NCBI GenBank assembly: GCA_951406725.2
Contig: OX597823.1
Coordinates: forward strand, 90,272,001-90,336,000
Direction: 5' to 3'
Source: Octopus vulgaris
Taxonomy: Eukaryota
Length of the DNA: 64,000 nt
Part shown: piece after piece, positions 1 to 12,042 of the stretch
Numbering within the stretch: the stretch's first letter is position 1
Layout of the letters: each line of letters starts with the position of its first letter
Notes under the pieces: model-generated
What the model was told of the DNA's origin: nothing
Databases searched by the model: none
The model's input: the letters and a program-made list of their open reading frames with translations, nothing else
Made by a program: the position numbers and the translations under genes

Positions 1-685
1 CTCCTCATCATCATCATCACTACCATCACCAACAAGAACATCACCATCATCATTATCATCAATAGTATTATATTCAGCATATCGTCATCATCACCACCAA
101 CACCATCATCATTAACATCATCATTACAACAACCACCATCAACAACAGTGACACTAACATTCTCAATAGCGTTTTATCCCCACCACCACCACCATCGTTA
201 TCATCATCATCATCATCATCATCAGGGTATCTCTTAATTGATACATTATTTAAATGAGGTGGGTGTGGTTATAGTTGAAAACCCCAAAAGATTTAATAAG
301 GTAGAAGCGTTTATATTCTACAGGCTGTGATACTTCCCACCATCACCACCCCTGATACCCCAACACCCTGATGTTATGCCCACCCTGCACCCCCATCCAT
401 TGCAGGTTTGTAAATAAATAAATAAATAAAGAGAGTATATCCCCAGTGAGTGTGGGGAGCTGCTTTTAGTGTGGTGCAGGGTGGGAAGCAAGAGGGAGTG
501 AGGGTGAAGATTATATTAATAAGGGAGAACTTGTTCATTCATTGAATAATAATGACTACCATGTGTGCGTGCTAAATGGTTGGGAGCGACGTGTGTGTAT
601 GTGTGTATATATATATATTTGGAAACAGACAATAATAAAGTATAAAGAAAGGTATAATTTGGTAATCTGTTAAACAGCTGGACAT

Positions 686-687
686 GT

Positions 688-722
<35 letters not shown>

Positions 723-853
723 CATATATTTATGTATTTACAGATATACACATATATATGTATACATATGTATATATATACATACATATATATATATATA
801 TACATATACATACATGTATATATACATACATATATACATACATATATACATAC

Positions 854-884
<31 letters not shown>

Positions 885-982
885 CAAGTATATATACATA
901 TATATATATATACACACATATATATACATACATGTAGATACAAGCATGTATATACATATGCGTGTATATATATGTGTGTATG

Positions 983-1016
<34 letters not shown>

Positions 1017-1042
1017 AGTGTGTATATACATGTGTATGTATG

Positions 1043-1080
<38 letters not shown>

Positions 1081-1188
1081 CACACACACATGCAAGTGTG
1101 TATATGTGTATACATTTATATACTCATGCACAGACTTGATGGCAACATCTCTTTCTTTTGATGTTATATTGAATGCACATATAAAAAG

Positions 1189-1226
<38 letters not shown>

Positions 1227-1230
1227 CATA
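686..1230. repeat. Compound (CA)n/(TA)n/(TACA)n microsatellite tract
   Basis: Directly visible dinucleotide repeats; explains the overlapping YI/HT/CV ORFs. Similar tracts at ~13.2-13.9, 38.7-39.1, 52.9-53.5, 54.1-54.6, 59.9-60.9 and 63.2-63.4 kb. Confidence 0.97.
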
Positions 1231-2285
1231 TACACCCTACATATATGACTGCACATACTCCTAATTTGAATATTAATGAGAGAATGAAGCTAATGAACAA
1301 GCTCATGTGGTTAGTTAAGCAGCTAAAAATAAGAGTTAAATTTCCTTCAAACCCCACTCTACAGTCATAAAGAAGGACTCACTGGATAATGCGATCTTGG
1401 TTTGTCTGCCTATGGAAATAACAAAGGACAGTCACGGTTGGAATGCCTTTTATTATATGTCTGCTTCATTAAGGTTGGCCTAGCATTAAACAATGACAAA
1501 AACAACAATAGCTCGTCTTGAAATTTGCCATATAGGAAGCCATACTCCACACATGTAATTGCTATCCAACTTGTTAGAAATAGCAGCTAAATGTTTCTCA
1601 ATTATTATCCTACAATCTTTTTTTTTTTTAAATTGTTCATTGGATAATGTAGTCTGAGATACATTTATAATCTTTTCCACATTTAAAAGTAAGAAAAAAA
1701 CCAAAGAAAAGCAAAGGGAAATGGATGAAACAAAACAGAATCCTAACAACTGGAATAACTTTTGATCAAAGAATCTGCTTTTGTTAAAGATGAGGGAGGA
1801 AGAGAAGAGAGAAGCTAAGAGGAGGAGGAAGAGAAAAGAGTAGAGGTGGGAAGAGGAGGAGGAGGAAAAGCTGGAAGAAGAGAAGTGGGAGGGGAGGATG
1901 TGGCAAAAATGAAGAAGGTTCTCAGTGGGGAACAAGTGAAGTGTTTCCTAGTCACTTGATCTGCTAGTTATAGCAGCCCCGAATCCTCTTTCTGCTCTCT
2001 CAGCCCAAGAAAAAACAAAGGACATATTGAAGAAAATGGCCCCCACAGAACATGAAACACAATGATGCAGTTTCCGAGTGAACAACATGAAAGCTGAAGT
2101 GTCCTGCAAGTCTTTCAGAATAGATTAGCCTGAATTGAGAAATGGAGTAAAACAAGGATGGGAATCATTGCTCCTACATCTTTTCTATCTTCTTCTCAGC
2201 TATGATTGAGCTCACTTGGCCAGGGGTCAGCAGAGTGATCGATAGACTGAGGGTCTGTTTATTGTTATTATTATCATCATTATTA

Positions 2286-2705
2286 GTGAGTGAGAGAGTA
2301 GTGTTTTCCATTAAAGTGGCCCTGGAGTACAAATATATGAAGCTTAATATACCCATCATGACAATCAGTTCGATAAGGGTACACCAGGCACATGCATCAC
2401 TACCATATGTGCGCACATCAAGATAAACAGTGCAAAACCTTGCGAGTGGATCCCAGTTAGAATTCTTTTAAGGTTTGAGTAGCCCATCCTGCTCAAATGA
2501 TCCCTGTTGTTTAAGGATGATGAATGGAACATCTATGTTTCCAGAGAGGGGTGAACTATTCAAATCCTAAAGAATCTCTCTCAACACATGGCTATGATGC
2601 TCCCCCACTACACGTGCTTGTGATCAGAGATGCATATTTTGTCGGCCTTTAAGGTGAGATGCTCAAAGAGTCAAAGGTCAAGCAACTGCTAAGTAAATTC
2701 TGTGA
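2286..2705. mobile_element. Interspersed repeat family D (gagtgagagagcagtgcatgccatcaaagtgacactgggg...), abutting (ATT)n; probable non-autonomous retroelement
   Basis: Homologous copies at 29798-30160, 32611-32800, 46491-46822 and, inverted, 38186-38520; copies usually start at an ATT tract. Confidence 0.75.
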
Positions 2706-3307
2706 ATTATTATTATTAATGCAACCTCGCTTAGGTCAACTTTGCTTTTCATATTTTCGGGGTTGTATCAACAAAGCACTGGGGTCGATGTAATCGACAA
2801 ACTCCTTCCCCCAAAATTTACTGGTTTTGAATCAAAATTAGAAATAAAACGCTTCGAAGCATTTCGTCCGTTTTTACATTTTAATTATGTTCAAATTTCG
2901 CCGATGTCAACTTTACATTTCATCCTTTCGGAGGCCAATAAAAGTAGTACCAGTCAAGTACTGGGGTCGATGTAACCGACAATCCTCCTTTGTCAAAAAT
3001 TTGCAGGCCTTGTGCTTATAGTAGAAAGGATCATTATTAAAATAATTACATTGTACTTTCAGTTCGTTTAGGAAAAAGCAAAAATATTCTAAATGCAAGG
3101 GAAGTAACTCTATATTAAAGCAGCTCGAAGTGAATTTTGGAACCGAATCTCTGGAGATTTTATAATTCTTCCGTATTCCATTCACGTCTCTTCAATATAA
3201 ATATTTAGAAAATCTTTTTCTTCTTTTTGTAGTTTCTGGTCATATATCGCTACTATTATCCCACTAGTTTTAGTTTTATATCGACCTTTTAATATCGGAT
3301 GAAAATT

Positions 3308-3495
3308 TGGCGAGCTGGCAGAACCGTTAGCACGCCGGGCAGAATGTTTAACAGCATATCGTCCGTCTTTACGTTCTGAGTTCAAATTCCGCCGAGGTCG
3401 ACTTTGCCTTTGATCCTTTCGAGATCGATAAAATAAGAACCAGTTGACTTGACCATCCTCCGAAATTGCTGGCCTGGTGCCAAAATTTGAAACCC
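3308..3495 (+). mobile_element. SINE family B (ggcgagctggcagaa...gagttcaaattcc...gcctttcatcctttcggggtcgataaa)
   Basis: B-box-like GAGTTCAAATTCC; more than 15 copies or fragments in the window (e.g. 2710-3030, 10893-11510, 16622-16965, 25283-25500, 26127-26330, 32338-32550, 58730-58940). Confidence 0.85.
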
Positions 3496-3756
3496 GATAT
3501 TATCTTCGGAATAGAAAACTAACACATTTTAGCACACACTCACACACACACATACACACAGTCATTTGAAGAAGTCATGTTTGCAAAGATCTATTTGATA
3601 CACTAACGGTGGACCCCCGTCGATCGGCGACGAAGATTTAACGAAGCAAAAATATTTTCACGCGAAAGTGTCGGTTCAAAGGGAGATAACAAATATATTG
3701 TTGACAAGGGAGAAAACTCTAGCTGTAATTTTTTTTTAACGACTTTCTTGGAAATT

Positions 3757-4146
3757 ACTCTACTCTTTTACTTGCTTCAGTCATTTGACTGTAGCCATGC
3801 TGGAGCACCGTCTTTAGTCGAGAAAATCGACCCCAGGACTTATTCTTTGTAAGCCTAGAACTTTATTCTATCAGTCTCTTATACCGAACCGCTAAGTTAC
3901 GGGGACTTAAACACACCAGCATTGGTTGTCAAGCGATGTTGGGGGTACAAACACAGACAAACAAACATATACACACACACATACATATATACGACGGGTT
4001 TCTTTCAGTTTTCGTCTACCAAATCCACTCACAAGGCTTTGGTCGGTCCGAGGCTATAGTAGAAGACACACTTGCCCAAGGTGTCACACAGTGGGACTGA
4101 ACCCGGAACCATGTGGTTGGGAAGCAAGCTACTTACCACACAGCCA
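3757..4146 (-). mobile_element. SINE family A (tRNA head, CORE-like ccttgggcaagt segment, internal microsatellite, tail ...gactgaaacaagtaaaagagt)
   Basis: Minus strand has A box TGGCTGTGTGG and B box GGTTCAGTCCC; about 20 copies or fragments in the window. Resembles octopus CORE-type SINEs (family name not verified). Confidence 0.88.
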
Positions 4147-4809
4147 AACACAAATACTCATCATACGCTTGATGGACCAGATGTACGAGAACTTTGTTTC
4201 CTTAGCATGAGGACCCAAGTTCGATGCTTTTGTGCGTCAGATATTTTTTTTCAAAGCCGTGATTGAATTGGGCAGAGAGAAACTATATGGAGGGCTGTTG
4301 GGTGGATTTTACTTGTGTTTCAAAATATTATTTCTTGTCACTGAGTAGCACAGATTCTACCTGAGAATCATGTTAAAGTTACATATGTGTGAGGAATATT
4401 CCACCATTTACACGCTAAATCAGGAGCAGACAATTCAGTTGATTGAACAAGTCCTCATCATGAAAGGACGAAGATCCAACTCATAGAACTCCTATAATCA
4501 GGCTCTTATTATATCCACTTCAATACATTAAGGGATTTACAGGGACACTAGAAGATATAGTGGCCAAGAGAGATAGACAAATTAAAAAGCAGGATATCTC
4601 AAACCTTCTACACCAGTTCCAATGTCTCTAGGGATTTTATTTACGTAAATGCGCAGCCGTTTGGTTAAGAACTTTGCTTAGAAATTATGAGGTTTGTGTT
4701 GGATAGTGCTGCTTGACACCTTGAGAAAGTATCTTTTGCAGCAAGAGATCAAGTAAGCAGAATTTGGTAGACAGAAACAGTAAGGCGCCCATCGTACACC
4801 TCACCACTC

Positions 4810-5001
4810 TCTCTCTCTCTAAACCTTTTTCTATTTTCTGCTTTCTCTCCCTGTTTATTTCAATGTTCCTTTCTGTTTAAGAGCATAGGCTTGAAACATA
4901 AAAGACTTTCTCACTTCCTGAGCATTAAACTAATACATCTGTTTGTTGTTTACACATCCGTCTTCGTCTTTTGTTTTTTTTGTAAATTCTCACTATATAT
5001 A
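4810..5001 (+). mobile_element. Short Penelope-like-tail element with decayed minimal hammerhead (4869-4904)
   Basis: CTTT-CTGTTTA-A-GAGC(ATAG)GCTT-GAAA-CA-TA-AAAG, then a pyrimidine-rich tail ending in (TA)n; homologous to the minus-strand element at ~52000-52150. Confidence 0.6.
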
Positions 5002-5003
5002 TA

Positions 5004-5292
5004 GTAGGTGCACTCCATCGGTTGCGACGATGAGGGTCCCAGCTGATATGATGAACGAAACAGCTTGCTCGTGAAATTAATGTGCAAGTGACTGAGCACT
5101 CCACAAACACGTGTACCCTTAACGTAGTTCTTGGGGAGATTCAGTGTGACAAGGCTGTACAGGTACTACTCATTTTTGCCAGCTGAGTGGACTGGAGCAA
5201 CATGAAATAAAGTGTTTTGCTCAAGGACACAGCGTACAGCTGGGAATTGAACTTACGATCATGAGCTGAATGCCCCTCACCACTAAGCCATG

Positions 5293-5296
<4 letters not shown>
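5004..5296 (-). mobile_element. SINE family C (tRNA-derived head ggcacatggcttagtgg...agttcaattccc)
   Basis: A and B boxes on the minus strand; homologue at 43222-43530 (-); same head with a different 3' half at 7200-7500 (-) and 48450-48740 (+). Confidence 0.85.
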
Positions 5297-5328
<32 letters not shown>

Positions 5329-5331
<3 letters not shown>

Positions 5332-5727
5332 TTATATATAAAAGTGAAGTTGTGTGTCTGTCTCCTACGATTTAGATTCCTAACTACTCCCACATTTTGC
5401 GGTGCAGTTTAACCAAAACCGGGTATCTTATAGTCGTGATTCATATCGAGCCCTTCTGGGTATTAGCGCGCATCTACGATGAGTCTACGATTTTAAAAAT
5501 AAATTACCATCATTTTTTTCCATTTTAATGCATTTTTTCGCTAGTATATAAGGGAAGTAACTCTCTAAAAATGTCTACGATGAGTCAACGATTTAAAAAA
5601 AAATTTACCATCATTTTCTTTCCCATTTTTAATGCATTTTTTTGCTATTTTTTGGCTATAACTCTCTAAAAATGCTTATATAGTTATTTCCCTTACAAAC
5701 CCGAGCAACGCCGGGCGATACTGCTAG
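5329..5727 (+). mobile_element. Non-autonomous Helitron
   Basis: 5'-TC start, 3'-CTAG end, subterminal GC-rich hairpin CCCGAGCAACGCCGGG just upstream of CTAG, inserted between A and T with no TSD; second copy at 9210-9600. Confidence 0.9.
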
Positions 5728-5959
5728 TATATATATATAACTGATGTCACATACTTATTGTACATGTTTTGTTTATGCATTTATTGGCTGTGAGACTCAT
5801 TGAAGGATAAGTCCCTTTAAGACATTGAGTGTCATAGCCAAAAGGTCTTAAAAGGACTTCCTGGAACAAACCCTGCAGCTAATAAGCATATGAACAAAGC
5901 ACATACATTAAGTATTGAACATTGGTAATGTTAAATGTCATTAGAGTTGCTTATTATTG

Positions 5960-6998
5960 AAAATTTTATATATATCAAAAAGAGGTGTTATAATACTATT
6001 CCACATATACAAAACAGCCATACCAACAATCCAACACACCTCCATCATCAGCTGCCCCACGGATATCATTATGTTTTCGATACCTGGACAGTACGATTCA
6101 ATCTGGCATAGTCAACAGCACTAAAATAAGTGTTGTTTGGGAACAAACATACCTAAAAAATCACTGCTTTCATTCAATCTTAATTCTAGGAAGGATGAAA
6201 CATTAACTTATTAATTGAACCACAACAAGAAACATATTTACCCTATGTACAACAATATCGGTAAATAAATTCAATAAGTAAATCTATAACTAACTCCTAA
6301 ATTATCTAACTATCTAACAGTGACCAATCCTTTAAGTCACACAAAAAATATTCCCTCCAGTCTTTTATAGTATTAATATAAAAGTGAAAGCTTTATAACC
6401 ACATCATCATCATTATCATCGTTTAACGTCCGCTTTCCATGCTAGCATGGGTTGGACGATTTTGAATGAGGGCTGGCGAACCAGATGGCTGCACCAGACT
6501 CCAATCTTGATTTGGCGAAGTTTCTACAGCAGAATGCCCTTCCTAACGCCAACCACTCCGAGAGTGTAGTGGGTGCTTTTTATGTGCCACTGGCACGGGG
6601 GCCAGTCAGGCAGTACTAGCAATGACCTTGTTCGAATCTTTTTACACATGCCACCAGCACAGGTACTGGTCACATTCTTTCAATCTTAATTCTAGGAAGG
6701 ATTAAACACTAATTTTATTAATTAAACTACAACAAGCAAACACATTTACCCTTTGTACACCAGTATCGGTAAATAAAATCAATAGTAAACCTATAATTAA
6801 CTCCTAAATTATATCACTAAACAGCGACCAATCTTTTCAGTCCATACAAATAATAACCCCACCAATCTTCCATAGTTACTATTATAAAAGAGAAGGCTTT
6901 AAATTCAATTCTATCCAAAACAAAACAAACACGAGTGAAATTAATTTAATGAATAATATAACTAACTATGAGTGAATTACATTATTTCATAATCCAAA

Positions 6999-7040
<42 letters not shown>

Positions 7041-7170
7041 CACTACATACTTATTAAATATATGTTATCCTTACATACTTTAATGTTAAATTATTACCAG
7101 TAACTAACAGATAATACTAAAATGTTAATAAATAGGAACTAATGAAAGTATACCTGTATAAAAACCTTGC
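5960..7170 (-). pseudogene. Possible old NUMT (mitochondrial NADH dehydrogenase-like, perhaps nad4) with internal duplication
   Basis: Strong A/C versus T/G strand skew; hydrophobic frameshifted minus-strand peptides under the invertebrate mitochondrial code (e.g. IKVCKDNMYL, NNVIH, IKLISLVFVL, LPMLVY); ~230-bp imperfect duplication (6172-6400 / 6679-6902). Gene identity is tentative. Confidence 0.35.
6404..6670 (-). mobile_element. RTE LINE 3'-tail fragment or RTE-tailed short element
   Basis: Matches the 3' end of the RTE at 27511-29793 (CCATGCTAGCATGG palindrome, ggacgttaaacg(atg)n). Similar pieces at 10340-10560, 16195-16545, 17710-18185, 21370-21735, 25790-26020, 50600-50880, 56827-56962, 58995-59155, 63665-64000. 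Confidence 0.85.
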
Positions 7171-8039
7171 TATATATACATATATATATATGAAGGGTGC
7201 ACCTTGAAAGTTACCGTCTGAGGCACAAGTCCAAGCTAGGTTGTTTATGGAAGACCAGCAGTCACCCATGCCTACCGGCCCCTCCCCTCCCTATACCACT
7301 GATGTCATCCAAGGGAAAGGTAAAGGCTGATACAGCTTGGCACCAGTGATGCTGCAACTCATTACTACAGCTGAGTGAAATGGTGCAATGTGAAATAAAG
7401 TGTTTTGCTCAAGAACACAACACACAACCCGGTCTGGGATTTGAACTCACAACCTCATGATCGTAAGCACGACGCTCCAACTACTGAGCCATGCACCTTC
7501 ACAAATATATATGTATATATATATATATATATGTATATCCTTTTATTTCTTTTATTTGTGTCAGTCATTTGACTGTGGCCATGCTGGAGCACCACTTTAG
7601 TCGAGTAAATTGACCCCAGGACTTATTCTTTGTAAGCCTAGTACTTACTCTACCAGTCTCTTTTCCCAAACCGCTAAGTTACAGGGATGTAAACACACCA
7701 GCATTGGTTGTGAGGCGATGTTGGGGTGGGGACAAACATATATATATATATTCACTTTGTAATCACGAGATTCTGGTTTTGATTTGGTTCCACGGCATCT
7801 TGAAAAAAACTGACCTCAGGTCAAGCCAGATCCTACCAGTTGGATGATGTAGACAGAAACTAGCTAAAAGTCCATCGGATGAATTTTACCTCCAATCTAA
7901 AGGTCCAGCTTTATTTTACAGGGGAAAAGAGAGAGGGATTAACTTCTCAGCTTTAAAAAAGCTATGCAAATGGAGCTGTGTGTGTGTGTTTGTTCATGTC
8001 TGCTTATATTGAGATTGCCTGCCAATTGCAAACAAATGC

Positions 8040-8670
8040 ATGGCTGTGTGGTTAAGAAGTTTGTTTCACAACTCAGTAGTTTCAGGTTCAGTTCAACTGC
8101 GTGCCACATTGCATTAGTGCCTTTTACTATAGCCTTCAGCCAACCAAAGCTTTGAGTGGATTCGACAGATGGAAACTGAAAGATGTCCTTTGCATGTGTG
8201 TGTGTGCATGTGTGTACATCTCATCATGTGTGTGTATGCATGAGTGTGTACGTCTCGTCATGTGTGTGTGCATGTATGCATGTGTGTGTACGTCTCCTTG
8301 TCGTGTGTGTGTGTGTACGTCTCCTTGTCGTGTGTGTGTGTGTACGTCTCCTTGTCGTGTGTGTGTGCATGTATGTATGTATGTGTGTGTGTGTGTCTCC
8401 TCATCGTGTGTGTGTGTGTGTGTGTCTCCTTGTATTGACATCGTGTGATCATTGTAAATGAATGTCCCTGTCATACAAGCCAAGTCTTCATTTCTAATAT
8501 TCTGTAAAAAACATGTCTGGCCTTGGGAAACTATTAATCTTGCTTGGAAATAGGTGAGGATTGATGACAAGAAGGGGGGACATCTGGCTGTAGAAAAACT
8601 GTCTGAATTAACCCCATCCAACCCATGCAAGCATGGAAAAGTGGATGTAAAAATAAAGATGACAATGATA
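8040..8670 (+). mobile_element. SINE with family-A head and RTE-type 3' tail
   Basis: tggctgtgtggttaag...ggttcagttc head, internal (TG)n-based repeat, ends aacccatgcaagcatggaaaagtggatgtaaaa; the tail is repeated at 8700-8885. Confidence 0.7.
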
Positions 8671-8930
8671 ATATCCATGTCACGCAAGCAGCATTGTTCA
8701 ATTGTAATCTTCCATGGAAGCATGTCCATGTTTTAAGGATTAGGGGCAATAATTACCTTATTTGGAAACAAATGAAGGTTGGTAGAAAGATGAGCATCCA
8801 ACCATAGAAAATCTACCTCAAAGAATTTTGTCTAATCCATGCAAGCACAGAAAAGAAAAAGGGATATTAAAATGTTCATGATGATTAATTGGTTAATTAG
8901 ATAACATCACCTATTATACAGTTCTATATG

Positions 8931-9001
8931 GGAATATGGCATAGTGGTTAAGAGTGCGGGCTACTAACTCCAAGATTCTGAGTTCAATTCCAGGCAAGTA
9001 A

Positions 9002-9051
<50 letters not shown>

Positions 9052-9209
9052 GTAATAATAACAACAACAACATCGAAAAATACTCTAGGAATGAGAACCC
9101 AAGTTCGAAATTTCCTTAAGACACCTGATTAAGGCTGGAGGGTATATCAGCCAAAACGTTGTGTTAATAACAAACAAGATGAGGAAAAATATCCGTCAAA
9201 TATAAATAA
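8931..9209 (+). mobile_element. tRNA-derived SINE-like element with 3' hammerhead motif
   Basis: A box TGGCATAGTGG, B box GAGTTCAATTCC, (AAT)n linker, then ACAC-CTGATTA-A-GGCTG(10 nt)CAGCC-AAAA-CG-TT-GTGT at 9121-9164. Confidence 0.7.
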
Positions 9210-9600
9210 CTAGCAGTATCGCCCGGCGTTGCTCGGGTTTGTAAGGGAAATAACTATATAAGCATTTTTAGAGATGTAAAGTATAATAGCCATCTCAATA
9301 TGGCTAACCACAAAGGAGGGGGTGTTACTGTGGCTTTTTACATTCTGAGATTTAATAATAAATTTTTAGAGAGTTACTTCCCTTATATATGCCAAAATAT
9401 GCATTAAAAATGGGAAAAATTGATGGTAAATTTTTTTTTAAATCGTAGACTTATCGTAGACGCGCGCTAATACCCAGAAGGGCTCGATATGAATCACGGC
9501 TATAAGATGTTGGTTAAACTGCACCGCAAAATGTGGGAGTAGTTAGGAATCTAAATCGTAGGAGACAGACAGCACACAACCTTACTTTTATATATAAAGA
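9210..9600 (-). mobile_element. Non-autonomous Helitron (second copy, inverted)
   Basis: Reverse complement of 5329-5727 with TC...CTAG ends and hairpin; flanked by a9209 and t9601 (AT target). Confidence 0.9.
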
Positions 9601-12005
9601 TGTATCACCCATTATATTCTCTACTGAAAGGAATCATTTACTGCCAATTATACTTAGCCATTTTGATACCAACTCACATGAAACTTGCCCTGGTCCTATG
9701 ATATAAAATTCTTGTTTTAAAGTGACCTAAATAAATTTCCACTAAAATTTCTTGTTAATTTATGTTCTAAACACTAGTTTAACAATAAAGTTGTTTTACT
9801 AAATTCTTCATTACTCTCAGAACGAATTGAAACAAAGCCAATGTATTTTGAGAGAGAAATGGTAAGGAAAGGATTAGAAATACTAAACTTGACTTGTTTG
9901 CAATGATCTGGTTCAGTTAAGAAACTAATCAACTATTTCCAGCTTTTGTTAAACAAGATAATTAGCCACTTTCTAGATTATTAAAAAACTTTTCACCATT
10001 TTAAGAAACTAATTAAACACCTGTAGATTATTTAACAAAAGAAAAACTCCACTAAAATCATATAAAATCAATGACAACAGGTACTTTTAGAATATTTCAA
10101 GGTTTCAGAAGGAACCACCAAGTTTTGTTAGAAAGAAGAATGAGATAAAGGAAGAGAAAAATTATAAACAAAAAGAATAAAAAATGGTAAATACAAGAGA
10201 AAAGAATCACGGTGACTTGTGTTAACTAATTTATCTATCAATCATCATCATTGTTTTAATGTCTTTATCTGTTTTACTAGTGTTTGGTAAAAATGTTGCA
10301 AAGTCATTTATTTTTAGTATTTTGGTAAATTCTTTGTAATTTACAAAGTGTCAAGCATTGGTGCTGGTGCCACATGAAAAAATAAAAAAGCACCCAGTAC
10401 ACTTTATGGAGTGGTTGGCATTTGGAAAGCATCCAGCTGTAGCAAACATGCCAAAACAGACAGTTGGAGCCTGGTGCAGAGTTCTGACTTGCCAGTTCCT
10501 GTCAAAGCATCCGACCCATGCCAGCAAGGAAAATGGACATTAGATGATGATGATGATGCAGTGTATTGTGTTACTGAGCATTTCATTTTGCATTCTTCCT
10601 GTAAATGAGCATTCCTGTGACAGATTGGTGCCCCTTTCAAGAGGTATCTTGCAACCTTGCTCACTTGTTTGCCATGGAAACCAAGTAACTCACCCTATGG
10701 GTCTTTGGACTCAAGAGAGTTCTTACATTTTTTTTAATGCATCACCAGTCCTCAGTCAAACTGTCCAACCCTTGCCAGCATGGAAAGCGGACGTTAAATG
10801 ATGACGATGATGATGATGAAAGCACCTGAGGATTTGTTTACCATTGTTCTGCTATTCCTTTAGATGAGGAACTATAATCATAATTTATAGCAAGGCAGTA
10901 AGCTGGCAGAATCGTTAGTGTTCACTGGGCAAAAGCTTAGCAGTATTTTGTGTCTTTATGTTCTGAGTTCAAATTCTGCCAACGTCAACTTTGCCTTTCA
11001 TCCTTTTGGGGTCAATAAATTAAGTACCAGTTGTGTACTGAGGTCAATCTAATAGACTGGCCCCCTCCCCCAAAATTTTGGGCCTTGTGCCTAGAATAGA
11101 AAAGAATTATAATTTGTAGAATCATTAGTTTTCTTTACGTCCTGAGTTCAAATTCCACCGAAGTCAACTTTGCCTTTCATCCTCTCAGGGCCAATAAATG
11201 AAGAACCAGTTGAACCCTGGGGTTGATGCAACTGGCTCTCCCCGAAATTGCCGGCCTTGTGTCAAAATCTGAAACCTATGTTTATGATTTAAAGGCAGCA
11301 AGCTGGTTGAATCATTACCATGCTGGAGCAAAGGCTTAGCGGCAGTTCATCCATTCTACATTCAAAGTTCAAATTCTGCTGAGGTGGACTTTATCTTCCA
11401 TTTGTTTTGGGTGGGGGGAATAAAATAAATACCAGTTGAGCACTGTGGGTTGATGTAATCGGCTTACTCCCTCCTCCAAATTGCTGGTCTTGTGCCAAAA
11501 TTTGAAGCCAATATTCATTAGCTATTACTAAGCAGCACCTTGCTGTGGTCCTACAGTAAAATGTATTTGAGCCATGAACCTATGAAGTGTTTTCGGCAGA
11601 TTTTCTTCAGCTGGATGTCCTTCATGGCTGGGCAGGTTTCCATGGAAGATTGTAAATGAGTGACATCATTTATATAGCAGTGATGCTTGTTATAACTTCC
11701 ATACATCATCAAGACAAGGGGATACAAATACACATGGACACACACGCAAAGGCTTCTTCCAGTTTGTCTACCAAGTCCACTGGTTTTGCTCAGCCTTGGG
11801 TGAGAGTTGAAGACACTTGTCTAATGTGCTCTGCAGTGGGACAACTCAAAACTACGTGGTTAGGAAGTAAACTTCTGAAACACACGTAACCATACTTGTG
11901 CCTAGGCTCTATCCACTCATTCATCTCTCTCTTTCTCTCTCTCAAACACACACATGCACATACCTATTTGTCTGTCTGTCTGTCCATCTATATATTTCTC
12001 TGTCT

Positions 12006-12042
<37 letters not shown>

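Noticed and set aside
516-1357. Overlapping [12 protein letters not shown] ORFs here and at ~13, 38-39, 53-54 and 60 kb
   Set aside because: Translations of stop-poor dinucleotide microsatellites.
8931-8996. tRNA gene (also other A/B-box heads)
   Set aside because: Acceptor stem does not close well and the head runs into repeat bodies; these are SINE heads.
10544-10801. ORF with a signal-peptide-like start (MMMMMQCIVLLSISF)
   Set aside because: Poly-Met comes from an RTE (GAT)n tail and the end is another RTE tail.
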